This document shows positions 31,370-46,155 of a stretch of DNA of 64,000 bases, one piece after another. Location: assembly GCF_009914755.1 (NCBI RefSeq), contig NC_060941.1, one strand, 5' to 3'. Made by a program: the position numbers and the translations under genes. The DNA is from the human T2T-CHM13v2.0 reference genome, Homo sapiens. The notes beneath the pieces were generated by a model. It saw only the letters and a list, made by a program, of their open reading frames with translations, ran no database searches and had not been told where the DNA came from. Position 1 is the first letter of the stretch, and each line of letters starts with the position of its first letter.

Positions 31370-32710
31370 TATTTTCTCTTTAGCCAATTTCATTCACTCA
31401 GTGGCTATAAATATCATTTGTATGTTGGCAGGAGACAAATGTGTATGTCCCCTCAGACTTCTCCTGCCAACAAGATGCCTTCTTTTGAAAGTTTCACAAG
31501 TGCATCAAAATTAGCATGACTAAAACAGAATACATTTATGTGCTGCATATAGATGTTTCAGTCAGTGGTGGACTGTATATACAACCATAATCCTATAAGA
31601 TTATACTGGAATACCATATGTTTTACTGGACCTTTTCTATGTTTAGATATGTTTGGATACACAAATACTCGCCATTATGCCACAGTTGCCTACAGTATTC
31701 AGGACAGCGATATATTGTGTAGGTTTGTAGCTTAGCAGCAATAGGCTATACCACATAGCCTAGGTGTACAGTAGGCAATGTCACATAGGTTTGTGTAAAT
31801 GCACTCTATGGTGTGTTCACATGACAATGAAATAGTCTAGCACATTTCTCAGAACATATCCCCACTGATAAGTGACACATGACTATTTGAATCTCCCCAC
31901 CCCAAACCTGAATCACCTATAGTTTACCAATTCAGACAATGGCACCATCATTCATGGAGGTGTTGTAAATCCAAACTTAAGATTCATCCTTCGTTGCTTT
32001 TTTTTCCCCCATTCAATACATCAGTATGTTCTGTAGACATTGTCTCCAAAACATTTCCAGAGTCAGTCCATTTATCGCTCTCTTTACTCCTGACTCTCCA
32101 GGTCTAGTCACTGTTATTTCTCAAAAGCACTTCTGTAATCGACATCTAAGCAGTTTCTCTAATTCCATGCTTGCCCTTTTCTAGTTGATTCTCCCCACAA
32201 CGGCTAAACAGATTGGTAAACAATGTATATCATGCATGCCACTACTCTGGTTAACACTCTATAATCACTCACTACTGAATAAAGAATTAAACCTCAATAT
32301 TCTCAAATGGCCTACAAGGCCTCTTCTTCCCAGCTTCTCATTCTCTTTTCATGTCCTTCAATCCCTTCCTTGGCTTTCTCTATCATCTTCCAACATGCCA
32401 AGCTCTTTCTCACTTCAAGGACTTCCAAGGTTTGTGCTCCACCTTGTTGCAACTTTCTAAACTTGCTGGTCCACTGAACAAATTCTACTTAACCTTCAGG
32501 GCTCCCTTCAAATGACATCTTCCCAGCAAGGCCCCCCAACTCTTATTTCCTTCATAGAATGTGCATACTTTGAAAATACGTATTTATTGTAGACTTGTTT
32601 GGTTGATATTTGCCTCATCTCCTAAATTATAAGCTGAGAGGACAAGACCATATTTGTTTTGTTCACTGCTATACACCCAGACCCTGTTTAGTGCCTGGGT
32701 TGAAATGTAT
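31370..32710 (+). mobile_element. L2 interrupted by Tigger3a
   Basis: L2 3'-half motifs on both sides of the Tigger insertion. Confidence 0.65.
31533..31885. mobile_element. Tigger3a/MER7A-like (TcMar)
   Basis: cagttgcctacagtattcag...ggctataccacatagcctaggtgta...gtgacacatgacta. Confidence 0.8.
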
Positions 32711-32718
32711 GTTTTGAC

Positions 32719-32940
32719 AAGAAAGAAAAGAAAAAAAAGGGAAGGAAGGAAGGAAGGAAGGAACGAAGGAAGGAAGGAAGGGAAGGAAAGGAAGGAGGGA
32801 GGGAGGGGAAAAATGAAGAATGGAGGAAATGAAGAGTGGGAAGGGAGGAAGAAAGGAAGAAGAAAAGAAAAGAAAAGAAAAGAAAGGAAGAAATGAGGGA
32901 GGGATGAAGAGAGAGAAGAAAAGAAACAAAGGAACAAAGG
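32719..32940 (+). repeat. Polypurine compound microsatellite (GGAA/GAAAA)
   Basis: About 220 nt of almost pure A/G. Confidence 0.95.
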
Positions 32941-32942
32941 CA

Positions 32943-34067
32943 CGTAAACCCTGGAAGACAACCTAGGCAATACCATTCAGGACAGACATGGGCAAAGATT
33001 TCATGATGAAGACAGGAAAAGCAATTGTAGCAAAAACCAAAATTGACAAATGGGATCTAATTAAACTAAAGAACTTCTGCACAGCAAAAGAAACTATCAA
33101 CAGAGAAACCAGACAACCTACAGAATGGGAGAAAAATTTTGCAAACTACACATCCTACAAAGGTCTAATATCCAGCATCTATAGATAACTTAAATTCACA
33201 AGAAAAAAAAAAAACTCCATGAAGAAGCGGGCAAAGGACATGAACATTTTCGACAGAAGACATATATGCGGCCAACAAGTCTATAAAAAATAGCTCAACA
33301 TCATTGATCACTAAAGAAATGCAAATCAAAACCACAATGATACCATCTCACACCAATCAGAATGGCTGTTATTAAAAAGTCAAAATATAACATATGCTGA
33401 CAAGGTTGTGGAGTGCCTATACATGGTTGATGGGAGTGTAAATTAGTTCTACCATTGTGGAAGACAGTGTGGCAATTCCACAAAGATCTAAAGAGAGAAA
33501 TACCATTCAACTCAGCAGCCCCATTACTGAGTATATACCCAAAAGGACATAAATCATTCTATTATAAAGACACATGCATACATATGTTCACTGTAGAACT
33601 AGTCACAATAGCAAAGACACGGAATCAACCTAAATGCCCATCAATGATAGACTGGATGAAGAAAATGTGGTACATATACACCATGGAATACTAGGCGGCC
33701 ATAAAAAAGAACAAGATCACGTCCTTTGCAAGGACATAAATGGAGCTAGTAGCCATTATCCTTAGCAAACTAACACAGGATCAGAAAATCACATACTTCA
33801 TATTCTCACTTATAAGTGGGAGCTAAATGATGAAAACACAGGGACACATAGAGGGTAACAATACATACTGGGGCCTTTCAGAGGGTGGAGGGTGGGGGAA
33901 GGGAGGAGGGATCAGGAAAAATAAGTAATGGGTACTAGGCTTAATACCCGGGTGATTAAATAATCTGAACAACAACCCCCCATGACATAAGTTTACCTAG
34001 GTAACAAACAAACCTGCACTTGTACCCCTGAACTTAAAAGGCTTTTTTTTTTTAAAAAAAAAAAAAA
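32943..34067 (+). mobile_element. 5'-truncated L1PA (L1PA11-13-like) 3' end with A-tail
   Basis: ORF2 C-terminal peptide MGKDFM...[23 protein letters not shown]-rich 3' UTR and poly-A. Confidence 0.9.
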
Positions 34068-34658
34068 GACAGGCATTCACCAACCCTGATGAGTAGCCAT
34101 TGACTTTTGCCTCTCAGACCTGGCAAGGCATTGAAACAATGGAGTTAAGAAGGATAAACCAGTTTGGTATGAAAAGAGGACTCACTTAGTTTTGGCTTAT
34201 TATCATTCAGGGCACACATATTTACTGTCTCCTCCATGCATGCTTCCCACATGTTATTACAGAAAAGATACTAGAAAAGAAATGAATACATAACAACTTC
34301 AATAAATATGAACAAGTGGTACTTGTAAGACCAGGAATTTTGAGGAGTTTTCAGAAGATATCAAGTGAATAGGATCAGATTTAATAAAATAATAAATAAA
34401 TAACTAGGACTGAGAATAAGCTCCTTGTAGTATAATAGCTTTTCTTCCTAAATTCTCACTGGCTCCTTAGATAAAGGTTAAACCTGCTGACAAAAGTACT
34501 CGGAGCAGAAGCAGCTTACATAGGGCAATAACTAGAGTACAACCTATGAAAGCCTTGGCTGCTTTTCCTTCTCCTCCTTTGCATATTAATGCTAAGTTTG
34601 GATATGGCATTTGCTCCCATATTGAAACCGTGTAAAGGGCCTTCCAGTAAAGCAATAC

Positions 34659-34727
34659 AGTGTGTATGAGTATGTGTGTGTGTGAGAGAGAGAGTGTGTG
34701 TGAGTGTGAGTGATGTGTGTGTGTGTG
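34659..34727. repeat. Compound (TG)n/(GA)n microsatellite
   Basis: Seen directly. Confidence 0.9.
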
Positions 34728-34949
34728 GTGGCTTCCTACTATGTGCCTGGGGCCAGAGAGAAGCAGACCAAACCAAGGTAACTTCAGAACCACACAGCTG
34801 ACACAGAAATGAAAAAATAAGGACAATTCTTTAGAGGACTAAAATGCAACCATACATATCACTTCCTAATGTTTTCCTTACTTTAGAAATAGATTTCACC
34901 AACTTGTCTCTTTATCCTCTGCTCCTATATCTTGAAGGAAGATGGTGAA

Positions 34950-37630
34950 ATCAGCATTGTCTCCATTTCTAACCCTCTCATTAAAAGTAGGGGGCTATCA
35001 TAGGCACAGGTGTAACTGCAGAGGAAATCATACCAGCTTCCAATACCAACTGAGCTCTTTGTTTAAAACAGGAACAAATAGATAAACATAACCAGACATC
35101 TGAGGGAAATCAATAGCATGAGAGAGAAGAACCAAGATTAACAAAGAAAGGTAACATAAAAAACAAAAGAAAACTTTTAAAAAGTTCAATCAGTATACTT
35201 GCAAGAATTTAGCAAACTAATATGTCTATAAAATAAGAAAATACTCAAACGGATAAATAGAAAAAATGAAAAGTTTTTGGAAATTAAGATATAATTGTCA
35301 AAATTTAAGAAGGTAACAGAAGTCCTGTACAAAAGAATGGACATTGCTGAAAGCCAAAGAAGAAATATGGAAGATAAGAAAGGAAATCTAAAAATTAACA
35401 TAAAAAGGCAGAGATAGAAATTGAGTGCACAGAAAGGATACATGTTGCGGGAAGTCAGGGACCCCGAATGGAGGGACCAGCTGAAGCCATGGCAGAAGAA
35501 CATAAATTGTGAAGATTTCATGGACATTTCTTAGTTCCCCAAATTAATACTTTTATAATTTCTCATGCCCATCTTTACTGCAATCTCTGAACATAAATTG
35601 TGAAGATTTCATGGACACTTATCACTTCCCCAATCAATACCCTTGTGATTTCCTATGCCTGTCTTTAATCTCTTAATCCCGTCAGCTTCATAAACTGAGG
35701 AGGATGTATGTCACCTCAGGACCCTGTGATGATTGCATTAACTGCACAAATTGTTTGTAGAGCATGTGTGTTTGAACAATATGAAATCTGGGCACCTCGA
35801 AAAAAGAACAGGATAACAGCAATGTTCAGGGAACAAGGGAGATAACCTTAAACTCTGGCTGCCTGTGAGCCAGGCGGAACGGAGTCATATTTCTCTTCTT
35901 TCAAAAGCAAATAGGAGAAATATCGCTGAATTCTTTTTCTCAGCAAGGAACATCCCTGAGAAAGAGAATGTGTCCCTAAGGGGAGGCCTCTGAAATGGCC
36001 ACTTTGGGGACAGCTGTCTTTTACGGTCGTACATAAGGGATGAAATAAGCCCCAGTCTCCTGTAGCACTCCCAGGCTTATTAGGATGAGGAAATTCCCGC
36101 CTAATAAATTTTGGTAAGACTGGTTGTCTGCTTTCAAACTCTGTCTCCTGATAAGATGTTATCAATGACAATGCATGCCCGAAACTTCATTAGCAATTTT
36201 AATTTCGCCCTGGTCCTGTGGTCCTGTGATCTCACCCTGCCTCCATTTACCTTGTGATATTTTGTTACCTTGTAAAACATGTGATCTCTGTGACCCATAC
36301 CCTAATTGTACACTCCCTCCCCTTTTGAAAATCACTAACAAAAACTTGCTGGTTTTGCGGCTTGGGGGGCATCACGGAACCTGCAGACATGTGATGTCTC
36401 CCCCAGACACCCAGCTTTAAAATTTCTCTCTTTTGTACTCTTTCCCTTATTTCTCAGACTGGCCAACACTTAGGGAAAATAGAAAAGAACTTACGTGAAA
36501 TATCGGGGGTGAATTTCCCCCGATAGATATGGAAATTATAAATGGAAAGAAAAAAAGGCATTAAAGACCCATGTGTTGCAAAACCTATCCAGAATGAGAG
36601 AGTAGGGGTAACAGATGGGAGAAGATAATCAAAGAAATAATAGAAGAAAATTTTTCTAGGAAGTGACTTGAATATTCATTTAGTCGATAAGATTTAGTGA
36701 GCTCTTACTTTTTGCCAGGCATTGTTCTTAGCATTTACAGATCAGGAAACAAAACAGGAAAAGAAATCTCTGCCTCCCACAAATAATTAACAAACATATA
36801 CACTTAGATATATCCCAGTGACATTTTTGAACTTCAGGAATAAAGATGATATCCTAAAAAAGCCAGTAAGGCCTGGTCTGGTAGGGAACATTTATCTACA
36901 AAAGCATTAGACTTATCTGAGACTCTTTGCAAGCTGGCAATAGAGTAACACCTAGGACTATCTTAAGGAAAGAAGGTAATTTTGACACTAGAATTTTATT
37001 ACCAGATGAACTGTCAGTAAAGTGTGAGGGTGAAGACAAACCTTTTATTGGACACCTGAGGACTCAGAAAACTCATCACTCATATATCCTTCTGGTGAAA
37101 AAAAAAAAAAAACAAAGCAAAACTTAAATATGGAGTTTCCAAAACTATAAAGTGAATTTAAATATATACCACAATATGTGAGAAAGAATAGAAATAATCT
37201 AGGCAGTAAAACAAATTTAGTGTGATATCTGAAAACAAGGTTAGAAAGCCATCAGTTGATATTAGAACAGCATGTTGGAGGCTCCAAGAATGTATTCAAG
37301 AAAAAGTAGTTGTCATAACACCAAATTCCTGATTAAAAATCAAGACTGTAAATGTATTGTGAAACTGATATATTATTGTGTGATATATTATAAAAAGTCC
37401 TATAATAATATATTACTGATACCGTTTCAGACTGATGAGATGAAGGGTTATTTTCTCCCAATTAGCCATAAAAAGGTAATATTTTCCTAGTAAAAATAAA
37501 TGCAAGAATGGCAGTGTCTGAATATAAAACTCTTTTAAATGAGGCATAATTCTGGGCAACTGATATAGTGTTAGAAAGATCCTTCAGGGGAAACCCATCA
37601 TATCTCTAAGAATAAGGCAGATAGCCTCAA
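34950..37630 (+). mobile_element. Very old L1/HAL1-like ORF1 relic hosting the MER11 LTR
   Basis: A-rich ORF1-like motifs such as aaagaaataatagaagaaaattt and ctagaattttatt. Confidence 0.5.
35443..36525 (+). mobile_element. MER11 (HERVK11/HML-8) solo LTR
   Basis: tgttgcgggaagtcagggacccc...gaatttccccgata, about 1.08 kb, with 6-bp TSD gataca/gatatg. Confidence 0.9.
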
Positions 37631-38907
37631 ATAAAGCATAAAAGTATTTATAATTGATATTAGCTACACCCTGTGAATTTCAGGTGATCACATGGGGAGG
37701 TAAAGCTGACCAAATTCTTGGAATATGAGGTTGTAACTGGGAAGTGACTGGAACTAGGGTGGGAGATTTTGTAGTAGTTCACATAAAGCAGGTGACCACT
37801 GATGGAAGCTGTGAGAAGAGGAGATGGCAGATGAAGAGGCTCTGGAAGTCTACCTTTTAGGAGGTGACATGAGGAAGAGCAGGCACAGCGGGCTGCAAAG
37901 GAACCCTCAAATCTAGAAATATGCACTCTTCCAGAAAGGAAGAGGAGGTGTCCAAAATGAGAGTCACTGGTGATTGGTGATTGGAAAGGCGACAAGGGCA
38001 TTTGGCAGGAAGTGATGACCCAATTCTGTTCAGTGAGGGAAGAAGGCAGCTTGCAGGGCAATTTGGAATTGGAATGCAAAAATCATAAGTCACCATGGAG
38101 TCTATTCATAAGAAGTCATGAAGCGGGTTGGTGGGGAGAAAGAAGCCCCCTAACCTCAGCCATGATCATCAAAACGGGTCCTTCAACTGAGGCTGGGCTG
38201 GGAAAGAGGAGCTGGCTTGCTAGTGTTGTGAAATTTTCAAAGTAAGAGCATCCCATGCTGGATACTTGCTGCATAAAAGCCTTTGCTATATAGTTTATCT
38301 TTTTTAAGACTGTTATAGAAACTACATTTTATAAGTGTCCACAGGCATATCCCTGTCATGCTTTTGCAGTTATAAGAAGTAGAATTCCTGGTTGGGAGTT
38401 ATAGTCTTCCTGTCTTTGATTTTCTTCTGCTTGACAAAAAGGAATAACCTGAGGTTAAAGCATCCTGCTGTGTATTCTGTAAACAATCCCATTATCATAC
38501 AACCACCCAGTGAGCACTACTTACCCTTACAAAGTATCAACAGATAACTAAACTGCTCTTCAGTAAAGCTATATCTGATTTCAAGTACAAATAAAAGCTC
38601 TAAATAGTCACACAGAATGATATAGTTGATGTAATTCAAGCTCTGTTCTTTGTGTTTACAATCATAGTGCTATTGTTTATTTTATATGAACTGCTGAAAT
38701 TCAGGAATATGTGGTACAACAGCGATTAGAGACACGACTTGGCCTACAGTAGCTCCACCAATCTGGAACCCTTTGAAATGTTCTCTTGGAACAAAACTCA
38801 TGTAGCTGAATGCCTCTGTGTTGGAGGCTAACTGAATAATTAGAGTTTCCCCCATCAAATTCTATGTAAAATACAGTGCATAGTAGAGAATCAGTAACAA
38901 AAACATG

Positions 38908-39392
38908 CAATTGACCCTTGAACAACATGGGGTGTGAGCTACGTAGGTCGACTTATACACAGATTATTTTCAATAAGTTACACTGAGGGTGCCTGCCCAT
39001 CCTGCTTCCCCATCTATCTACCTCTTCTGCCTCTGCCACCACTGAAACAGCATAACCAACCCTTCCTCTTTTCCCTCCTCCTCAGCCTACTCAACATGAA
39101 GACAAGGATGAAGATCTTTATTATGATCCACTTCCACATAATGAACAGTAAATCTATTTTCTTTTCCTTATGACTTTCTTAATAACATTTTATTTTCTCT
39201 TTGTTTATTGTAAGAATACAGTATTTAATAAATATATAAAATACGTGTTGATGAACTATTTGTTATCAGTAAGGCTTCCGGTCAACCATAGGCTCTTAGT
39301 AGTTGAGTTTTGGGGGAGTCAAAGTTATACATGGATTTTTGGCGGCATGGGGGTCAGCATCCCTAATCACCACATTGCTCAAGGGTAAATTG
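38908..39392. mobile_element. Tigger2-derived MITE (Tigger2a-like)
   Basis: TIRs caattgacccttgaacaa and ttgctcaagggtaaattg, followed by TA. Confidence 0.85.
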
Positions 39393-40039
39393 TATTGTTA
39401 AAACTCAACAGTAACTACAGCAATTGTTTAGAGCTTAGACCCACAAAAGGTTTTTCGAAGTGGAGTATTTTATCACTGGCATTTTTACAATTTCCAGCAC
39501 CTGGGGATAATAAAAAGCAGGTCATTTGGTGGGTTTCATTATTATTATTAAATTCTCTCCAGACAATGCACGCTGTTACTGCCTGCACCCAGCATGGAAC
39601 ACTCCCTATGTTCCTTCCTTTGTGCACTTCTGACTGTGTAGATCCTGAAGTTCCAAAGTGTTTCTCAAGAGGTTGATTAGCTAGAACCACTTGTGTTGAT
39701 TGGCCAGAAATTTCCTGGTGTGACTAGGAAAGCCATGAACCTCTGAGAAGGATTGGTACAAAAGCCTATCCAACAGGAGTACTTCATATTGGATGGCTGC
39801 AACGTGACCCAAACCCTCTCAGTGCTGAAATATATATGCAGGTTTATATACACTTACATGAGGTAGTGTCTTTAAGTACAATACGCTGTAGTTGGCACAT
39901 ACTGAAAAGCCTTACACGTGCCTCCCTGGATCAGATGGAACTCAGAAGGATCAGGAACTCAGTAATGGTACAATTGATCAGGTTGCTTTTATGCAACTTT
40001 AAATAGCCTAAAGCAAAATTATAATAATAAAAATCGTAA

Positions 40040-40290
40040 TATCTTTGTATACTTTCATAGTCTATGATGCAGGACTAACTCTAATACAAAATTTTATTTT
40101 TACAAAAATGTTTGAGACACATTTCTCATTGTCTTATTGTCTGTATTTTACAAATGAGTAAACTGAGGCTCTGAGACATTAGGTGATTTTCAAACATTAT
40201 TGTCCATCAAATGGTTGGAACACAATGGAGTGGGATCCAAAGCATGACCTTCTAAGTCCAGTGGGCTTTCTGCCGTGCAGCTCTGAAGTG
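40040..40290 (-). mobile_element. MIR
   Basis: attttacaaatgagtaaactgaggctctgaga core. Confidence 0.7.
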
Positions 40291-40419
40291 TGGTAATAAT
40301 AGGGACTCTCATAAATGAAATGATAAATAGGACTGCTTACTGGTTACATGAAGTTTTCAATCTGTTATTAAGTAGCAGTTCAGATTTCACTATGTTTAAT
40401 CCACCAGCAATGATCTTTT

Positions 40420-40730
40420 CCATCTTGCATACCTGGCAGATGCCTATTCATCTTTTAAGCCCTATGTCAAGAGAAGCCTTCATCTGCAAAGCCTTTTCTG
40501 ACCCCAAAGGTAGGGTTAGTTGTTTTCTTTTTTCTGCAGCCAATCCACATGTGTGGATCCCACCACTCATGTCTCACATGCCTTATTAGGCTAAACTGTA
40601 ACTCTTAATTTGCATGTCTGTCTCTAAACTCAACTGCGAGCTCTTAAGATCAGGAGCTGTCATTTATTCTGATTTGTATACCTAGTGTCTAGCAGAGTGT
40701 CTGGCACATCAGGCTCTGAGTAAATTTTAC
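40420..40730 (+). mobile_element. L2 3' end
   Basis: ctagtgtctagcagagtgtctggcaca. Confidence 0.65.
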
Positions 40731-41296
40731 ACACTATGCATCCCCATTTTTGGGGAAAAGAAATAACAAAGTATTTCTAATTGAGGGTGAGTCAGTGTAA
40801 CATCACCCTCTCATACTGAGAGAATATATCCATTAAATTCTGCTTGCTTCCTCTTAGAGATGAAAAATCAGAAATCTAGAGAGAGAGACTTGCATCACTG
40901 CCTCCACTTACAAACACTGATATTGAGAACATAATAAAATTATCCTGTGGATGAAATCAATATTCTATTCCTTAATGCTGCTAACTATAACTTCCAAACC
41001 AATCTTAGCAAGCTCACAAAAAAATATCAGAGCTGGAATGGTTCTTTGGAAACCATGCAGCTCAATACCCTGATTCTATAGGTGAGGAAAACAAGCTCCT
41101 GATATGCTAAGTGACTTGCCTAAGATCTCATGTTTGGTCAGTGGAAGACACAAGCCACTGAGCATTTTCCAGAACCCGTTGCTGCATCTATTATCCAAAG
41201 GAGGAAGACAATTGATAACAAAAAGTCCGGGGGCACAAAATACTGGTGTGCTCACCCACACACACACTCCCTGCCCAAGAAAATTCAATGGCTGAA

Positions 41297-41445
41297 TTAG
41301 AAGATCTATCAAATGTAAATGACAAGTTAACAGGTGCAGCCCACCAACATGGCACATGTATACATATGTATCAAAACTGCACATTGTGCACATGTACCCT
41401 AGAACTTAAAGTATAATAAAAAAAAAGTGCTAAAGAAAAAAAAGA
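41297..41445 (+). mobile_element. Short 5'-truncated L1PA 3' end
   Basis: gcacatgtaccctagaacttaaagtataataaa plus A-tail; 20-bp TSD aagaaaa(t/c)tcaatggctgaa (41277-41296, 41446-41465). Confidence 0.92.
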
Positions 41446-41844
41446 AAGAAAACTCAATGGCTGAAATATGACCTTACACAGTTAATGACTGACTACCTCC
41501 AATGGAGAGAGTTATTCAATATGCCACAGGGCTCATTAAAATGCAAGTTTTATTCTTAAGATAACTTGAAACAAAATTCTACTCTCAAACACAAAGGTTT
41601 ACATACAATTTTGTAGCAAAACAATTGATGTCATAAAGTAAGACATCAGGAGGGGCTTTGGAGTACAGTCCAATTCGAGAAATACTACCTGTTAATGCAA
41701 GTGATCTGGTTCTAGGTCCAACTCCATCATTCATTTGTTCTACAACTAAAGATCAATCTCTAGCCTTGTTGAATCTTCCACATTTACTGATTGGTGATAG
41801 AAATACGTGTCTTTTTATAAGTTGTCACAAATGAGACAAACACA

Positions 41845-42325
41845 TGTTGATATCACGTACCCTCTGATAGGATGTAATGCAAATGGAACTCTATCTCCAG
41901 GGAACCTTTCCCCAAAACTCACAATCCCAGATTAACCAAGAAAAGCATCAAACACACAGAAATTCAGGAATTTTATACAAAGTAGCTCACCAGTATTTCT
42001 CAAAACTGTCAGTCATGAAAAATCAAAAGATTCAGAAACTTTCACAGCCCAGAGGAGACGAAAGAGACATGAAGGCTAAATGTAATATGGTATCCTAAAT
42101 TGGATTATGCAACAGAAACAGGACCTTAGTGGAAAAACTCGGATATTAAAAAAAAATCTGGAGTTTAGTTTACCAGTAATGTATCCAGGTTGGTTTCTTA
42201 GTTTTGACAAATGTATTGCTAATGTAAGGCATTAAATTAGGGACCTTGGATAAAGAGTATATGGAAACTCCCTGTATAACTTTTCTGTAAATCTAAAGTC
42301 ATCCCAAAATAAAAAAATTATTTTG
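41845..42325 (+). mobile_element. L1MC-like 3' end
   Basis: ctaaatgtaatatggtatcct...ttttctgtaaatctaaa...aaaataaaa. Confidence 0.7.
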
Positions 42326-42789
42326 AAAGATGACACCTGGAAAGGCTTTCTAAAATGTAATAAATGATATCCAAATGCTAGATCATGTCTAGAGAGAAGA
42401 TAGATTTGTGTTGAGTTTTCAGTGGATTAATCTGGCATATAGCCTTTTATTTTTGCCTGTAGTTCATTTTTTTCTAGAAGATAAGCAGAACAGTACTATT
42501 GTCTATCCAAGAAGTATCACCTGTTAATCAAATTTATACATATTTGTAGTGGAAAGAGCATTGGATTAGAAATGTGCTTATTTATAAACCTGCTTCTACG
42601 TTGACCTGCATTGGAAATTTAGATAGTAACTTTATCTAATTTGCTTTGTTTTCTCATCTGGAAAAAGGGGAGTATGAGTGCAAATTTTGTAAGGGATGAA
42701 TGAAGTAACATGAGTAAACCAGTACTGACAACTACAAAATCATATGTTCATGTGATGGGTTAATTGTGCTTCCATTAGCTTTGGAGATA

Positions 42790-43633
42790 ATGTAAGTATG
42801 AAAAAAAGAATAATGGTCTTCCCAAAATGTCCATATTCTAATCCACCAAACCTGTGAATGTGTTACCTTATATGGCAAAATATATTTTGCAGATATGATT
42901 ATGTGAAGGATCTTACGATGGGGAGATCATCCTAGATTATCCAGATGGGCCAAATGCAATCACAAACATTCTGAAAAGTGGGAGGCAGAAGGGTCAGAGT
43001 TAGAGAAAGATATGTGATAACAGAAGCACAGGCTGGAGCCATGCAAGGAAGGGACCCTGCACTGAGTAATGCAGGTGGCTTCTAGAAGGTGGAGAAGGCA
43101 AGGGATTGATTTCTCCTCAGAGCCTCCATAATGCAGGCTGCCCTAGTGACACCTTGATTTTAGTGTGTCCAACTTTTAAAATGGTAAGATAATAAATCTG
43201 TTGTTTCTAGCTACTAACTTTAGGGTAATTTGTTATAAGACTGATATGGTTAGCCTTTGTATCCCCACCCAAATCTCATCTTAAATTGTAATTACCAGGT
43301 GTTGAGAGACCTAGTGGGAGGTGATTGGATCATGGGGGCAGTTTCCCCACATGTTGTTCTCATGATAGTGAGTTCTCATGAAATCTCATGGTTTTGTAAG
43401 TGTTCACTGGTTCCTCTCTTGCTGGCTTCTTCTCTCTCCTTCCTCCATGTGAAGAAGGTGTTTGCTTCCCATTCACCTTCCGCCATGATTGTGAGTTTCT
43501 TGAGGCCTCCCCAGGCATGTGGAACTGTGAGTCAATTAAACCTCCTCTGTTTATAAATTACCCAGTCTTGGGTAGTATCCTTATAGCAGTGTGAAAAAGG
43601 ACTAGCACATGGAGCTATAGGAAACTAATACAA
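42790..43633 (+). mobile_element. MLT1D-like LTR with a nested MST/THE1-type LTR at 43242-43609
   Basis: MLT1 motifs (ctgtgaatgtgttacctta, ctataggaaactaataca) split by tgatatgg...actagcaca. Confidence 0.8.
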
Positions 43634-43639
43634 TTACTT

Positions 43640-45593
<1,954 letters not shown>

Positions 45594-46155
45594 GCCCCCA
45601 ACATTCCTACCTCATAGTGTACACACCCTCTAGTATGAGTGAGATTTCTGAGTATAATGGAATTTCACTTCCTTGAGTAGACTGCCATTTCTGGCAAAGA
45701 TGAACAGATTTTGCAGATGTGAATAACGTTCTTAATCCGTTGACTTTCAGTTAATAAAAAGGCATGTTATACTGAATAGGCTTGACCTTTAAAAGAGAGT
45801 CTAGGCCTTCTCAGGATGGGGAGATTTAAAGTAAGTGAGGCACTTTCCTGCCAACCTTGAAGATGCAAACTGTGTTGTGAACTGCTTATTCAGCAGTGGC
45901 AGGCCATAGGAGACAAGGGTCTCAGCCCTACAACTGCATGGAATTGAATTCTGCCAAGGACCCGCATGAGCTTGACTTCAGATGAGAATGCAGCCAGAAT
46001 GACACCTTTTTCAGCCTTATGGGACTCAGTAGAGGATCCATTTAAGCCATGTCCAGACTTCTGACCCAAGGAAACTGTGAAATAACAAATGTGTGTCATT
46101 TTAAACTACTAAATAAATGGTAATTCTTAAGTAGCAACCAAAAAATCAAGGCAGG
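45594..46155 (+). mobile_element. MLT1E/F-like LTR
   Basis: cagacttctgacc...aactgtgaaataacaaatgtgtgtcattttaa. Confidence 0.7.

Noticed and set aside
33880-33912. G-quadruplex-like run
   Set aside because: It is the standard G-rich tract of the L1 3' UTR.
35498-35620. Tandem duplication gaacataaattgtgaagatttcatggaca
   Set aside because: As I recall, this is an intrinsic feature of MER11 LTRs.
37650-38330. Purine-rich, LTR-like stretch with overlapping ORFs
   Set aside because: It may be an ancient LTR relic, but I could not establish termini or family, and the ORFs have no recognisable homology.
41427-41445. gtgct interruption in an L1 A-tail as a 3' transduction
   Set aside because: It is too short to distinguish from tail decay.
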